Assembly: GCA_965226375.1 (NCBI GenBank)
Contig: CBDDCX010000004.1
Location: 1 to 64,000, forward strand
Reading direction: 5' to 3'
Source of the DNA: Longimicrobiales bacterium
GTDB lineage: Bacteria; Gemmatimonadota; Gemmatimonadetes; Longimicrobiales; Gaopeijiaceae
DNA length: 64,000 nucleotides
The translations under genes were made by a program, and so were the position numbers. Shown here piece by piece: positions 46,570 through 56,298 of the stretch (position 1 is its first letter; every line of letters starts with the position of its first letter). The notes under the pieces were generated by a model, which was not told the DNA's origin, made no database searches, and saw only the letters and a program-made list of their open reading frames with translations.

Positions 46570-48208
46570 GCGCGAGGCCGACCACCACGACCGTCACGGC
46601 CCCGATTACGTTGTGCCACAAGAACGAGACTTCCGGAGTCCCGAACGCGACCGCCGCAACCACACCCATGCCCGCCAACAGTCCGAAGAACGAGCCGTTG
46701 CCCCGAGAGCGAGGGATCATCGCCAAGAGGAAGACGCCCAGGATCGATCCGTAAAAGAACGACCCGAACCGGTTCACGACTTCGATGAGCGATCCCAACG
46801 TCGCCGCATAGATGGCGATCACGCAGGCGAAGACCCCCCAAAACACGGTGGCGGCCCTGGAGACCCTGAGGTAGTGCGCGTCGTCCCCGTCATCCTTGAC
46901 CCAGCGCCGATAGAAATCCATGACGCTCGTGGTCGTGAGCGAAGTGAGCTCGGCGGCGATACTCGACATCGCCGCCGCGAGCACTCCCGCGATGAAGAGA
47001 CCGGTGAGCCCGATCGGAAGCTCAGAGAGCACGAAGCGCGGGATGATGTAATTCGTGTCGCGTGACGCCTCACCGGTGACCTCCTCGGCCATGGTGAGCG
47101 CCTGGCCTCGGATCGCCTGGATGTCGGCCTCACGCGCCAGGAACGTCTCCATAGCGGCAGCTGCACCCGCTTCGTCACCGGCGTTGGCCGTCGCAAGCGC
47201 CGCGTCCTCCCGCAATGCGAACGTCGACTCGTACTCCCGTTGTAGCGCGGCGTATGCGTCACCGCGCTCGGCAACCACCGCCGACTCGTGGGTGGGGTTG
47301 AACAGCAACGGAGCGGGAGTGAACTGGTAGTAGACGAACACGAGCACGCCGACGAGCAGCACGAGTCCCTGCAGCGGGATCTTCCAGTAAGCACTCATGA
47401 GCAGCGAGGAGCGCGCCGCATCGACCGACTCGGCCGCGAGGTAGCGCTGCACCTGGCTCTGGTCGGTCCCGAAATACGACAGCATCAGGAACGTGCCTCC
47501 GATGACTCCGGACCAGAACGTATAAGTCTCGGTCAGGTCGAAGCTGAAGTCGAACGCCTTGAGCCGGCCCGTCGCGCCCGCGATACGTAGCGCATCATCG
47601 GGACTCACCGGCATCTGCACCAGCAATACGACCATGATCGCCAGCAGCGCCACGATGATCAGCACCATCTGCTTCACGTCGGCCCAGGCGACGGCCTGAA
47701 CGCCGCCGACCATCGTGTAGAGGATCGTGGGAACACCGATCAGCGCCACACTCCAAACGAGCGGAGTGCCGAAGACCGCACTGAGCACCACGCCCGGTGC
47801 CGCCATGATCGCACCGACCGACATGCCCCGGGACAACAGAAAGAGGAACGCCGTCAACGACCGCGTCCTCGCGTCGAAGCGGCGCTCCAGATATTCGTAC
47901 GCGGTAAACACTCCGGAGCCGTGCAGGAACGGCACCAGCGTCACACCGAGGATCACCATCGCGAGCGGCAGCCCGAAGTACATCTGCACGAAACGAATTC
48001 CGTCCGTTGCGCCCTGGCCCGGCGTACCGATCATGGTGACCGCGGACAGCTGTGTCGCCATCACGGAGAGTCCGACGACCCACCACGGCAGGCTCTTGCT
48101 CGCCAAAAAGTAGCCGTCGATCGTGTCGGTATCCTTGGACCTCCGGATCCCGTCGATGATCACGTACGCCAGGTAGACCACGACGATCAGCCAGTTGATC
48201 CAATGCAT
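46490..48208 (-). CDS. Sodium:solute symporter (SSS family)
   Basis: GYFLASKSLPWW, TAYEYLERRF, GTDQSQVQRYL, AAAMSS. Confidence 0.92.
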   Translation of the reverse strand: MHWINWLIVVVYLAYVIIDGIRRSKDTDTIDGYFLASKSLPWWVVGLSVMATQLSAVTMIGTPGQGATDGIRFVQMYFGLPLAMVILGVTLVPFLHGSGVFTAYEYLERRFDARTRSLTAFLFLLSRGMSVGAIMAAPGVVLSAVFGTPLVWSVALIGVPTILYTMVGGVQAVAWADVKQMVLIIVALLAIMVVLLVQMPVSPDDALRIAGATGRLKAFDFSFDLTETYTFWSGVIGGTFLMLSYFGTDQSQVQRYLAAESVDAARSSLLMSAYWKIPLQGLVLLVGVLVFVYYQFTPAPLLFNPTHESAVVAERGDAYAALQREYESTFALREDAALATANAGDEAGAAAAMETFLAREADIQAIRGQALTMAEEVTGEASRDTNYIIPRFVLSELPIGLTGLFIAGVLAAAMSSIAAELTSLTTTSVMDFYRRWVKDDGDDAHYLRVSRAATVFWGVFACVIAIYAATLGSLIEVVNRFGSFFYGSILGVFLLAMIPRSRGNGSFFGLLAGMGVVAAVAFGTPEVSFLWHNVIGAVTVVVVGLALSGFGGGPVGGPARADDHRSPSSASR

Positions 48209-48220
48209 CCGATCGGCCTT

Positions 48221-48352
48221 CTAGACGGTGTAGCGGAGTTGGAGCAGGGCGAGCGCAGCGAGTGCGAGGACCTGGACGACGATCACGCGGATCAGCGTGG
48301 TCTTGAAGGTCGAGCCCGTAACTCCGGGCACGGCAGAGTCCTGATCGTTCAT
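48221..48352 (-). CDS. 43-aa single-TM small protein upstream of the SSS symporter
   Basis: MNDQDSAVPGVTGSTFKTTLIRVIVVQVLALAALALLQLRYTV*, GGAAGGA RBS, ends 12 nt before the SSS start. Confidence 0.6.
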   Translation of the reverse strand: MNDQDSAVPGVTGSTFKTTLIRVIVVQVLALAALALLQLRYTV

Positions 48353-48448
48353 CGCGGTCCTTCCATTGGGAGTTCGACGCGGGAAGCTTCGAGCGCGCGC
48401 GGCTGCGGCGCAAGCGACCCGCTCTACTGCTTCGACGGCCTTCCAGGG

Positions 48449-49837
48449 CTAGATCGCGTCGCTCACGCTCGCGAGGTTGAAGCCTCGGACCTTGAGAGCG
48501 GGCACCACGACGGGCGCCGAGACCGAGCTGTTCTCACCCGCCGCGACCCGTGTTGGCCGACCCAGCATCTCCACGTTCTGTAGCAGCGACACCATGGACT
48601 GGTTGAACCGGAAGTTCGTGACCGGCCGAGTGATTCTGCCGTTCTCGATCAGGAAGGTCCCGTCGCGTGTGAGTCCCGTATAGGAGATCGTCCTCGGGTT
48701 CAGCCCCCGGATGTACCAGAATCGCGTGATCAGGACACCCCGCCGGATCGAAGCGATCATATCCTCCATCGTGGCGTCTCCCCCCGACATGATCAGGTTC
48801 GGAGGTGGGGGCTTGGGCTCCCTGCCCTGACGATCCGCCCAGGATCGGCTGTACGACAACGCCCGTAGAACGCCTGATTCCACCCAAACCTCCGGGTGCA
48901 CCGGGTAGCCGTCCACCATGAACGGACTGGTCTCGGCATCGCGCTCACCCGGATCGCTCCGGATCGTGATCTTAGGATCGAACACGCGCTCGCCCACCCT
49001 CGTACCGCCGCCCTGCTTAGAGAAGTACGACCGGCCTTCGTCCGCAGTACGTGCATTGAACCCGTTACGCATGTTGCGCATCAGCATCCCGACCGCGGTC
49101 GGCTCCAAAACGACGTCGTACTCCCCGGGGTCGAGAGCCGTCTTGCCGCGCCAATCCAGGCATTTCCGAACCGCATCAGTCGCGATCCGCTCCGACTCGA
49201 TCTGACTCCAGTCCGCCGCTTCGTCGCCCGCCCAGCCCGATGACTGGCCGTCGGGTGTCCGCACGGTCAGCGTCGATGCGACCCCGGTGGACGCGTGGTG
49301 GGCGAATAGGCCGTTGGATGTGGCGACCGAAGTGGTCCCCGCCCTCACGTCCATGTATCCCGCCGCTATGGTGTCCGAGCCCGTGGCTTCCCTCAAGGCC
49401 ACAGACATCGACCGGGCCCGGGCCTCGGGCGGCAAGTCACCGGTGCTCGCGTAGTAGCCGTTCACCGTCTCGTACTCCTGGGGGCCGAGCTCGGGAAGGT
49501 ACTCGGGGTCCTCCGGGGACAAGCGCGCGAGCGCCTCCGCGTCCCTCACGGCCTGTTCCAGCCCCGCCGGGTCCAGGTTGTTGGTGGTGACCCGGGCGAC
49601 CCGCTTTCCGAACACAGCAGTGATCTGGACCGTGGTGTCAGTGCTACCGCCAGCCGTGGTGACCTTGTTCGTGGCCGTACGGGTGAAGCCTCGCCACCCC
49701 GAATGAACGTTGACTCGGGTATGGTCGGCCTGGGCGAAGCCCAGCACGAGATCGCAGAGTGCACGCGCGTCATCCGCGGAGAGCCCGCGCCGCGCCGGCG
49801 CTTGTGCGGTGTCGAATCCGTTCATGGTCATCGTCAT
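48449..49837 (-). CDS. tldE: TldE/PmbA family protein
   Basis: PGEYDVVLEP, GVLITRFWYIR, GLTRDGTFLIENG, NFRFNQS; no HExxH. Confidence 0.85.
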   Translation of the reverse strand: MTMTMNGFDTAQAPARRGLSADDARALCDLVLGFAQADHTRVNVHSGWRGFTRTATNKVTTAGGSTDTTVQITAVFGKRVARVTTNNLDPAGLEQAVRDAEALARLSPEDPEYLPELGPQEYETVNGYYASTGDLPPEARARSMSVALREATGSDTIAAGYMDVRAGTTSVATSNGLFAHHASTGVASTLTVRTPDGQSSGWAGDEAADWSQIESERIATDAVRKCLDWRGKTALDPGEYDVVLEPTAVGMLMRNMRNGFNARTADEGRSYFSKQGGGTRVGERVFDPKITIRSDPGERDAETSPFMVDGYPVHPEVWVESGVLRALSYSRSWADRQGREPKPPPPNLIMSGGDATMEDMIASIRRGVLITRFWYIRGLNPRTISYTGLTRDGTFLIENGRITRPVTNFRFNQSMVSLLQNVEMLGRPTRVAAGENSSVSAPVVVPALKVRGFNLASVSDAI

Positions 49838-51522
49838 CAGGCCGTGTTGAGAATGTTGACGTCACGGAAGAGGACCGTCGGGCAGCCGTGGGACACGGCA
49901 TTGACCTGCCCCGGCTGGCCTTTCGCGTCGCTGAACGTGGCGCCCAGGTAGTAGGTGCTCGGTCCGCCGATGACATCCAGGGAGTTCCAGAACTCAGGCG
50001 TGCGGCCTTGATACGCCACGTCGCGGAGCATCCGGTCCTTCTTGCCGTCGCGGATCTCCCAGAACACCTGGCCCGCGAACTGAAAGTTGTAGCGCTGCTG
50101 GTCGATGGAATACGAACCGCGCCCCTCCACCATGATGGCACGGTCGGTAGCGGCGATCACGTCGTCTTCGCTGAGGTCGTCCCCACCCGGCATGAGGCTC
50201 ACGTTGGGCATACGCTGGAAGGGGATGGTCGCCCAGTTCATTCCGTACGCGCCGCCCAGACTCTCGGTGATGCCCGTGTGCTCGGCGATCCATGCAGCCT
50301 GCTCGCGAGTGGTCTGGTAGTTGACGAAGATGCCGTCCTCGATGATGGGCCACTCCGTGGCCGCGACACCCTCGTCGTCCCAGCCGACTGTAGCGCAGCC
50401 CCCCACCTCGGTGCGGTTGCCCATGAACGTCATGAAGTCCGGACCGAGGCGCAGCTTGTTGAGCGTTTCGTCGGGCGGGAAGATGAAGGAAGTGCCAGCG
50501 TAGTTGGCCTCGAACCCCAGCGTGCGGTCCAGCTCTGTGGGGTGAGCGATGGACTCGTGGATGGTGAGCCACAGGTTGGACGGGTGCAGAAGTAGATCCC
50601 AGGTCCCCGGGTCTACCGGTGTGGCCGTGAGCTTCATGACGGCTTCTTCAGCCCAACGGGCGGCGTTCCCGGGAAAGTCGAGTCCAACCACATATTCCCA
50701 GCCTCGGCCTGCGGGCTCGGCGACCGCTCCACGACTCTGAAAGTCCGATCGATCCGAGGACACCGCCGTGATGTTCATGCCGGGGTTCACCCGGATGAAC
50801 GTCTGCTGGATCACCGACCCCTCACTCGTGGCGACCAGACGGCTCTCTTTGACCGAGCTGATGTTGGACGAGACGAACTGCACGCCGTCGACCTTCATCG
50901 CCTCTTCATTCGCGCTGAACAACAGCCCCGCCTTCTCCTCGACGGAGACCGTGAACGGGTCGATCTCATGAGGCGTGACCCAACGGCCGTCCGGCACCGC
51001 GTCGACCGGAGCCAGCACCGTCTCGCTCGGGGCGATGCGGTCGTTCGCCGCCGCGATGGCAACCGCCTCGCGGGCCGCGGCGACCACGGCATCGCGGCTC
51101 ACGTCGCGTGTGGCCGAGAAGCCCCAGGATCCGCCGACCAGAGCACGGACGCCAATGCCGTAGGAGTCTCTCTTGCTGACGTTCGTGATCTGTTGCTCTC
51201 GCGTGTTGATCGACTCGTTCCAGTGCCGGGAGATGCGGACGTCGGCGTAGCTGGCGCCGGCACCTTGGGCTTCGTCGAGTGCCAGCAAGGCCAACTCGCG
51301 TTCCGCCGGATCGGGGGCTGGGCCATTTCCGCTGATGGGTGCAGCACCCGGTTGGCACGCGAAGCTGCCTGCGCCAACCGCGAGTACGGCCCCGGTGGCG
51401 CCGGCGATCTTGACGAACTCCCTGCGACCGATCGATCCGAGGCCGGGCGGAAGCGGGTGGTTTACGGGGTAGAGAATTCCCCGTTTCCGAATCAGCTCGC
51501 GAGACGCTTCTTGGCTCATCAT
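49837..51522 (-). CDS. tldD: TldD family metalloprotease with Tat-lipoprotein-like signal
   Basis: HESIAHPTELD, YADVRI, QRMPNVSL, C-terminal VSHGCP; N-terminal GRREFVK...SFAC. Confidence 0.9.
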   Translation of the reverse strand: MMSQEASRELIRKRGILYPVNHPLPPGLGSIGRREFVKIAGATGAVLAVGAGSFACQPGAAPISGNGPAPDPAERELALLALDEAQGAGASYADVRISRHWNESINTREQQITNVSKRDSYGIGVRALVGGSWGFSATRDVSRDAVVAAAREAVAIAAANDRIAPSETVLAPVDAVPDGRWVTPHEIDPFTVSVEEKAGLLFSANEEAMKVDGVQFVSSNISSVKESRLVATSEGSVIQQTFIRVNPGMNITAVSSDRSDFQSRGAVAEPAGRGWEYVVGLDFPGNAARWAEEAVMKLTATPVDPGTWDLLLHPSNLWLTIHESIAHPTELDRTLGFEANYAGTSFIFPPDETLNKLRLGPDFMTFMGNRTEVGGCATVGWDDEGVAATEWPIIEDGIFVNYQTTREQAAWIAEHTGITESLGGAYGMNWATIPFQRMPNVSLMPGGDDLSEDDVIAATDRAIMVEGRGSYSIDQQRYNFQFAGQVFWEIRDGKKDRMLRDVAYQGRTPEFWNSLDVIGGPSTYYLGATFSDAKGQPGQVNAVSHGCPTVLFRDVNILNTA

Positions 51523-51684
51523 GACTCCAGGTGGATTCGGGCCGCTCCACGAGGCCCGGTCGGACTGATCCTGACCCTCGCCCTCCGGCCTGGCAAGTGT
51601 CCGAGGGAGAGGCCCAAGCCCCATGGGGCGGGAGGGTCGACCTATCTGTCGGAGTCCCTCTAGGGCTCCCACAAAACCGGCTGA

Positions 51685-51706
51685 CGTTATATCATTTGAT
51701 ATAACG
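51685..51706. promoter_or_regulatory. Palindromic operator candidate
   Basis: CGTTATATCA-TT-TGATATAACG: perfect 10-bp inverted repeat in the divergent tldD/NTF2 intergenic region. Confidence 0.65.
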
Positions 51707-51785
51707 CTAGGCCATGTTGAGTCGTCCAGAAAGGGCACGACGTGGCTGACAAGGCACTGACCCACGACAATCGAGGACGGGACTG

Positions 51786-52259
51786 ATGACGATGCGGACG
51801 CGAAATCACGTACTCAGGACACTGCCAGTGATCCTGGCCGTATTGGCGAGCTCGAGCACGTTGCAGGGCCAGATGGCCGACACCGCGGACGACGAGCACG
51901 AGATCCGACGCGTGGTGATGGAGGGGTACGTAGTGGGCATTCACGGCAACGGTGATCGTGAGGCCGTGCGAACCGGCTTCCATCCCGAGTTCGTGATGAA
52001 GGTCCTCGGCCGAGACGGCGCGGTCGCCAACGTCACCATCCAGGACTGGATGGCACGCCTACCCGCAGAGGGCACTCCGCCTGCACAGCCGGTGACCGCC
52101 GAGATTCCACGCGTGCTCCTTTCCGGAAACGCAGCGGTGGCGGAGATCCACATCGCGAGAGAGGGCGAGCAGATCTACACGGACTTCATCAGCCTGTACC
52201 GCTTCCCCGAAGGGTGGCGCATGGTGGCAAAGGTGTATTACAGCCATCCGACGTCGTAG
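51786..52259 (+). CDS. Secreted NTF2-like (lumazine-binding-like) protein
   Basis: Signal peptide; YVVGIHGNGD..FHP..GNAAVA..YTDFISLYRFPEGWRMVAK. Confidence 0.75.
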   Translation: MTMRTRNHVLRTLPVILAVLASSSTLQGQMADTADDEHEIRRVVMEGYVVGIHGNGDREAVRTGFHPEFVMKVLGRDGAVANVTIQDWMARLPAEGTPPAQPVTAEIPRVLLSGNAAVAEIHIAREGEQIYTDFISLYRFPEGWRMVAKVYYSHPTS

Positions 52260-52292
52260 CCGGGTCCGACTCTCCGTACCTCCGGGGTCGCC

Positions 52293-53216
52293 TCAGGCTG
52301 TGGCTACTTCAACCGACTGCGGCCCTCTGATATCGAGATTGAAGCCGACTCTTTCGATGACGGCCGTGAGTTCGGCGCGCGTGTAGTCGTCGATCTGCAT
52401 GCCCGGCGGGCGGATGAAGGTCGAGTCGATGATGCCGCGCTTCTGATAGGTGAACTTCCGGTAGGCCAGGCCGATCTTCGGCTGAAACTCGTACCGGATC
52501 AGGGGCACGTATCGGTCGAAGATGGCCGCAGCTAGTTCAGAGTCACCCGCCCTGAAGGCCTCGTAGACGGCGACCAGCACCTCAGGGAAGGCGAATCCGG
52601 TCATGATCCCTCTGGAGCCGCGTTGGAGTTCTTCCAGGAAATAGACGCCGCCGAGACCTCCGAATATCCCGATCGAGTCGGGCGCCAGCTTCTGGACGCG
52701 GGTCATCTTAGCCAGAGGAGGATAGTCCTCGAGCTTGATGTAGCTCACCCCGTCGATCTCGCTGGCCATCCGCGCGATGAGTTCGGGCGACAGGATGGTC
52801 CGGAAGGACTCCGGGAAGTCGTGGATGGCCACCGGGATGTCGAGTGCATCGGCCACGGAAGCGTAATAATCGAAGATCACCTGGTCGTTCTGAACGCCGA
52901 TGGGGGCGACGAACACACCTCCAGCGCCGAGATCCTGCGCCTCGAGGCCCTGCTCGACGGCACCCGCCGCTCCAAAGGCCAGGACACCCACCCAGACGGG
53001 GAACGAGCCGCCGGCCTGGTCCACAGCGGTCGCCACGACCTGCTTCCGCTCCGAGTTCGACAGCCGGTGCGCCTCGCCCATGAAGCCGAGGACGCTGACG
53101 CCGTGGACGCCGACCTCGATCTCGAAGTCGATGACACGCCGGAGACTGCCCTCGTCGACCTCGCCCTGGTCCGTGAACGGGGTGGGGAGGATGGGAAGAA
53201 CGCCTTGAAGCTGCAT
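52293..53216 (-). CDS. DHDPS-family class I aldolase/lyase
   Basis: GVLPILPTPF, GFMGE, YIKLED Schiff-base Lys, GIMTGF. Confidence 0.85.
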   Translation of the reverse strand: MQLQGVLPILPTPFTDQGEVDEGSLRRVIDFEIEVGVHGVSVLGFMGEAHRLSNSERKQVVATAVDQAGGSFPVWVGVLAFGAAGAVEQGLEAQDLGAGGVFVAPIGVQNDQVIFDYYASVADALDIPVAIHDFPESFRTILSPELIARMASEIDGVSYIKLEDYPPLAKMTRVQKLAPDSIGIFGGLGGVYFLEELQRGSRGIMTGFAFPEVLVAVYEAFRAGDSELAAAIFDRYVPLIRYEFQPKIGLAYRKFTYQKRGIIDSTFIRPPGMQIDDYTRAELTAVIERVGFNLDIRGPQSVEVATA

Positions 53217-53242
53217 GAGGTTCGTCGTGTGGAAGTGACTGC

Positions 53243-54649
53243 CTACGGTCGTCTCGTGAGACCGGGTACGAACTGGCCGACGCCCGGCTCCACCGTGATC
53301 TGTCCGTCCTCGTAGATGCACCGGCCCCGAAGCCACGTGGAAATCACCCGCCCACGCACCCGACGCCCATGGTAGGGACTCCACCCCACCGCGTAGTGCA
53401 TCGCGCCCTCGTCCAGCGTCCACTCGGCATTGGCATCGAAGACGACGAAGTCTGCATCGGCTCCTAGCTCGAGTCGCCCCTTCCGCTCAAAGCCGAACAC
53501 CGACGCAGGCCCCGAACAGACGAGCTTGATGAATCGTTCGAGGTCGATGCGACCCGAGGCCACACCCTCACTGTAGAGGAGTGTCCCGAGTGTCTCGGCC
53601 CCGGGCATTCCCGCGTACGCCTCGAAGATATCTTCGGTCTCCTTCCGATAAAGCGGATAGGGGGAGTGGTCCGACGTGACGATATCGACTGTTCCTTCCT
53701 GCACCTGCTTCCAAAGGCCGTCCACGTCCCTCTGCGACCGAAGCGGCGGGTTGCACTTGGCCCGGCCTCCCTGCTCCCGAAGTGCGTCCATGGTGAGGAG
53801 CAAATACTGGAGGCACGTCTCTCCCGTCACCGAAACACCTTGTCCACGATTCCACTCTATGAGGTCGAACGTGCGAGGTAGCGTGCCATGCACCATGTGC
53901 AGATGAGCGCCCGTCCAATACGCCAACTCGAGCAAGCGGCCCGCTGCCTCGGCCTCGGCCACAGGCGGACGGCTCAAGGCGTGGTCGATGGGCGTCGTGT
54001 CACCGCGGGATTGAAACGCCTCCGCCTGGGCCAAGACGATCTCCTGATTCTCCTGGTGGGCCGCGACGGGGCGACCCGTGAGCGCGATCTCCTGAAAGGC
54101 CTCGTACAGACGCCCGTCGGGGATACGCGGAAAGCGCAGCGGATCGACTTCGATGGTCGACACCTTGAAGCCCGCAGCCCCAGCCTCGGCCATGTCGGCG
54201 ATGATGCCCAAGTCGCCTTCCGGAGGGAACGTGGCGTATAGACCGACATCGATGACGGCCTCGTGGCCGATGTCCACCACCTTGGCATCGAACCGCTCCC
54301 GGGAATTGACCGGGCGGGCGGGTTTGTCGAACGGCATGTCGACGATAGTCGTCGTCCCCCCAGCCGCCGCCGACCGGGTCGTGGCGGTGATGCCCTCGTC
54401 CACGCAGGACCGCGTGTGGACGTGCGCGTCCACAAATCCCGGGAGCACCAGGTACCCGGAAGCGTCGACAAGCTCGGTGCCGGCAAGCGGCGTGTTGGCA
54501 ACAGCCGTGATCTGCCCGTCGGCGATCCCGAGCCACCCAGCCGTCAGAACCGTTCCGTCTGGAAGGGCGACGTCACCTTGTACGACAAGATCGTGGATCT
54601 CCGGGCGGGTCTCGGCCCCTCTCTCCGCTTGGGTCTCCCGATCGGTCAC
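53243..54649 (-). CDS. Allantoinase/dihydroorotase-like cyclic amidohydrolase
   Basis: PGFVDAHVH, AAAGGTTTIVDMP, KCNPPLR, SDHSP, GADADFV; start approximate (GTG 54649). Confidence 0.88.
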   Translation of the reverse strand: MTDRETQAERGAETRPEIHDLVVQGDVALPDGTVLTAGWLGIADGQITAVANTPLAGTELVDASGYLVLPGFVDAHVHTRSCVDEGITATTRSAAAGGTTTIVDMPFDKPARPVNSRERFDAKVVDIGHEAVIDVGLYATFPPEGDLGIIADMAEAGAAGFKVSTIEVDPLRFPRIPDGRLYEAFQEIALTGRPVAAHQENQEIVLAQAEAFQSRGDTTPIDHALSRPPVAEAEAAGRLLELAYWTGAHLHMVHGTLPRTFDLIEWNRGQGVSVTGETCLQYLLLTMDALREQGGRAKCNPPLRSQRDVDGLWKQVQEGTVDIVTSDHSPYPLYRKETEDIFEAYAGMPGAETLGTLLYSEGVASGRIDLERFIKLVCSGPASVFGFERKGRLELGADADFVVFDANAEWTLDEGAMHYAVGWSPYHGRRVRGRVISTWLRGRCIYEDGQITVEPGVGQFVPGLTRRP

Positions 54650-54861
54650 CGATTGGGCCTCATAACGTCTGCAGCTTCCTTTCGAGGACATCCATGACAA
54701 TGACGAATGCTCGGCTGAGCCACTTCCAGGGACAAGGCCCGGAACACAGGTGCCCTTCCACCTCCACCTTTCATCATCGGCATGGGCACCCGTAGGATGG
54801 GGTCGGCCGTGGCATCTGTCCGCGGCCCGCCCGGTGTGCCGGATCACCTCAGCGAGGTCGT

Positions 54862-56270
54862 ATGCTCGGATCTTTCCTCGACAGCCTGGCCGTTATCGAC
54901 ACGTTCCTGTGGGGGCCGTGGACCATGGCCTTCTTCGCGGGAGTTGCGGTCTACTTCACCGTCCGCTCGGGCTTCTTCCCGATCTCGGGGCTCGGGTACA
55001 TCCTCCGGAACACCGTCGGAAGACTCGGCCTCGGCTCCGCCACCATCTAAGAAGGCCAGACCCTGACTCCGGTGCAGGCCGCCGCGACATCACTGGCCGG
55101 CACGGTGGGGATGGGCAACATGGCGGGCGTGGCGACGGCGCTATCGGTCGGCGGCGCCGGAGCCATCTTCTGGATGTGGCTTCTGGCCTTCTTCATGATG
55201 ATGTCGAAGACGGTCGAGATCACCCTGGGGATCTACTACCGGGAGCGAAGCCCCGATGGCCGGTTGCGGGGTGGGCCGCAGTACTACATCCGCCGTGGCC
55301 TCGGCTGGCACCCTCTCGCCCTCCTGTTCAGTGCCGGCATGCTCATCAACGCCGTGTTCGCGGCCTCGATGCTGCAGTCTCATACGGTGGGCCGTGCGCT
55401 GCTGGCGAGTTACAGCCTGAATCCCTACGTCGTAGCGGTCTCGGTGGCGGCCATCACAGCACTGGTCGTCCTGGGTGGTCTCCGGCGGATCGGCCGCTTC
55501 TCGGAGCGGCTGGTCCCGATCATGACCTTGGCCTATCTGGCCGGCGGGATCGTTGTGATCGTAGCAAACATGGAAGCTCTCCCAGCGGTTTTTAGCTCGA
55601 TCTTTACGCACGCGTTCTCCGCCACGGCCGGAGCCGGGGGCGCGGCTGGAATTGCCGTGAGTACCGCGATCAAGCAGGGGATGGCTCGGGGTATGCTCTC
55701 CAACGGGCGGGCATGGGCAGCGCCCCGATGGTGCACGCCACCGCACAGACGGAGCACCCATTCCAACAGGGTGTGTGGGGCGCCTTCGAGGTGTTCTTCG
55801 ACACGATCGTGATCTGCTCCATCACGGCGCTGGCGATCCTCTCGACCGGCGCGATGGCTGATGGTGAGTCGGGGATCGAGCTGCTGCTGACGGCGTTCGC
55901 GAGGGTGTTCCCGCTGTCGGTGGCGTCGATCATCGTGTCGGGGTCCATCGCGACGTTCTGCTTGTCCACACAGATCAGCTTCTACGTCTATTTCGAGACC
56001 TGCCTGGTGAGCCTGGTGGGGCTGCGCCCGGTCCGGGTGCTGCGCTGGCTTTACTTCTTGCCCGGAATCGTCGTTGCGGGAGTTGCCGATGTGGATCGCC
56101 TGTGGGTGGTCGCCAACATTGCGGTCGCCGTGGTAGCGATTCCGAACCTGGTAGCGATGCTGAGCCTCTCGGGGGTGTTCACGACGCTCATGAAGGACGA
56201 GCTTTCGGGGGAAAGGGCCTACGCGACGGCTGATGTGGATGACTCCGAGCCGGTGCTGAAACGGAGCTAG
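54862..56270 (+). pseudogene. Alanine/glycine:cation symporter (AGCS) with a nonsense codon and a frameshift
   Basis: LAGTVGMGNMAGVA, GGAGAIFWMW, GGPQYYI; in-frame TAA at 55048-55050; 1-nt deletion at about 55705 breaks SNEAGMGSAP. Confidence 0.88.
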
Positions 56271-56298
56271 GCGACGGGGCCCGCGCACTCCAAACTGA

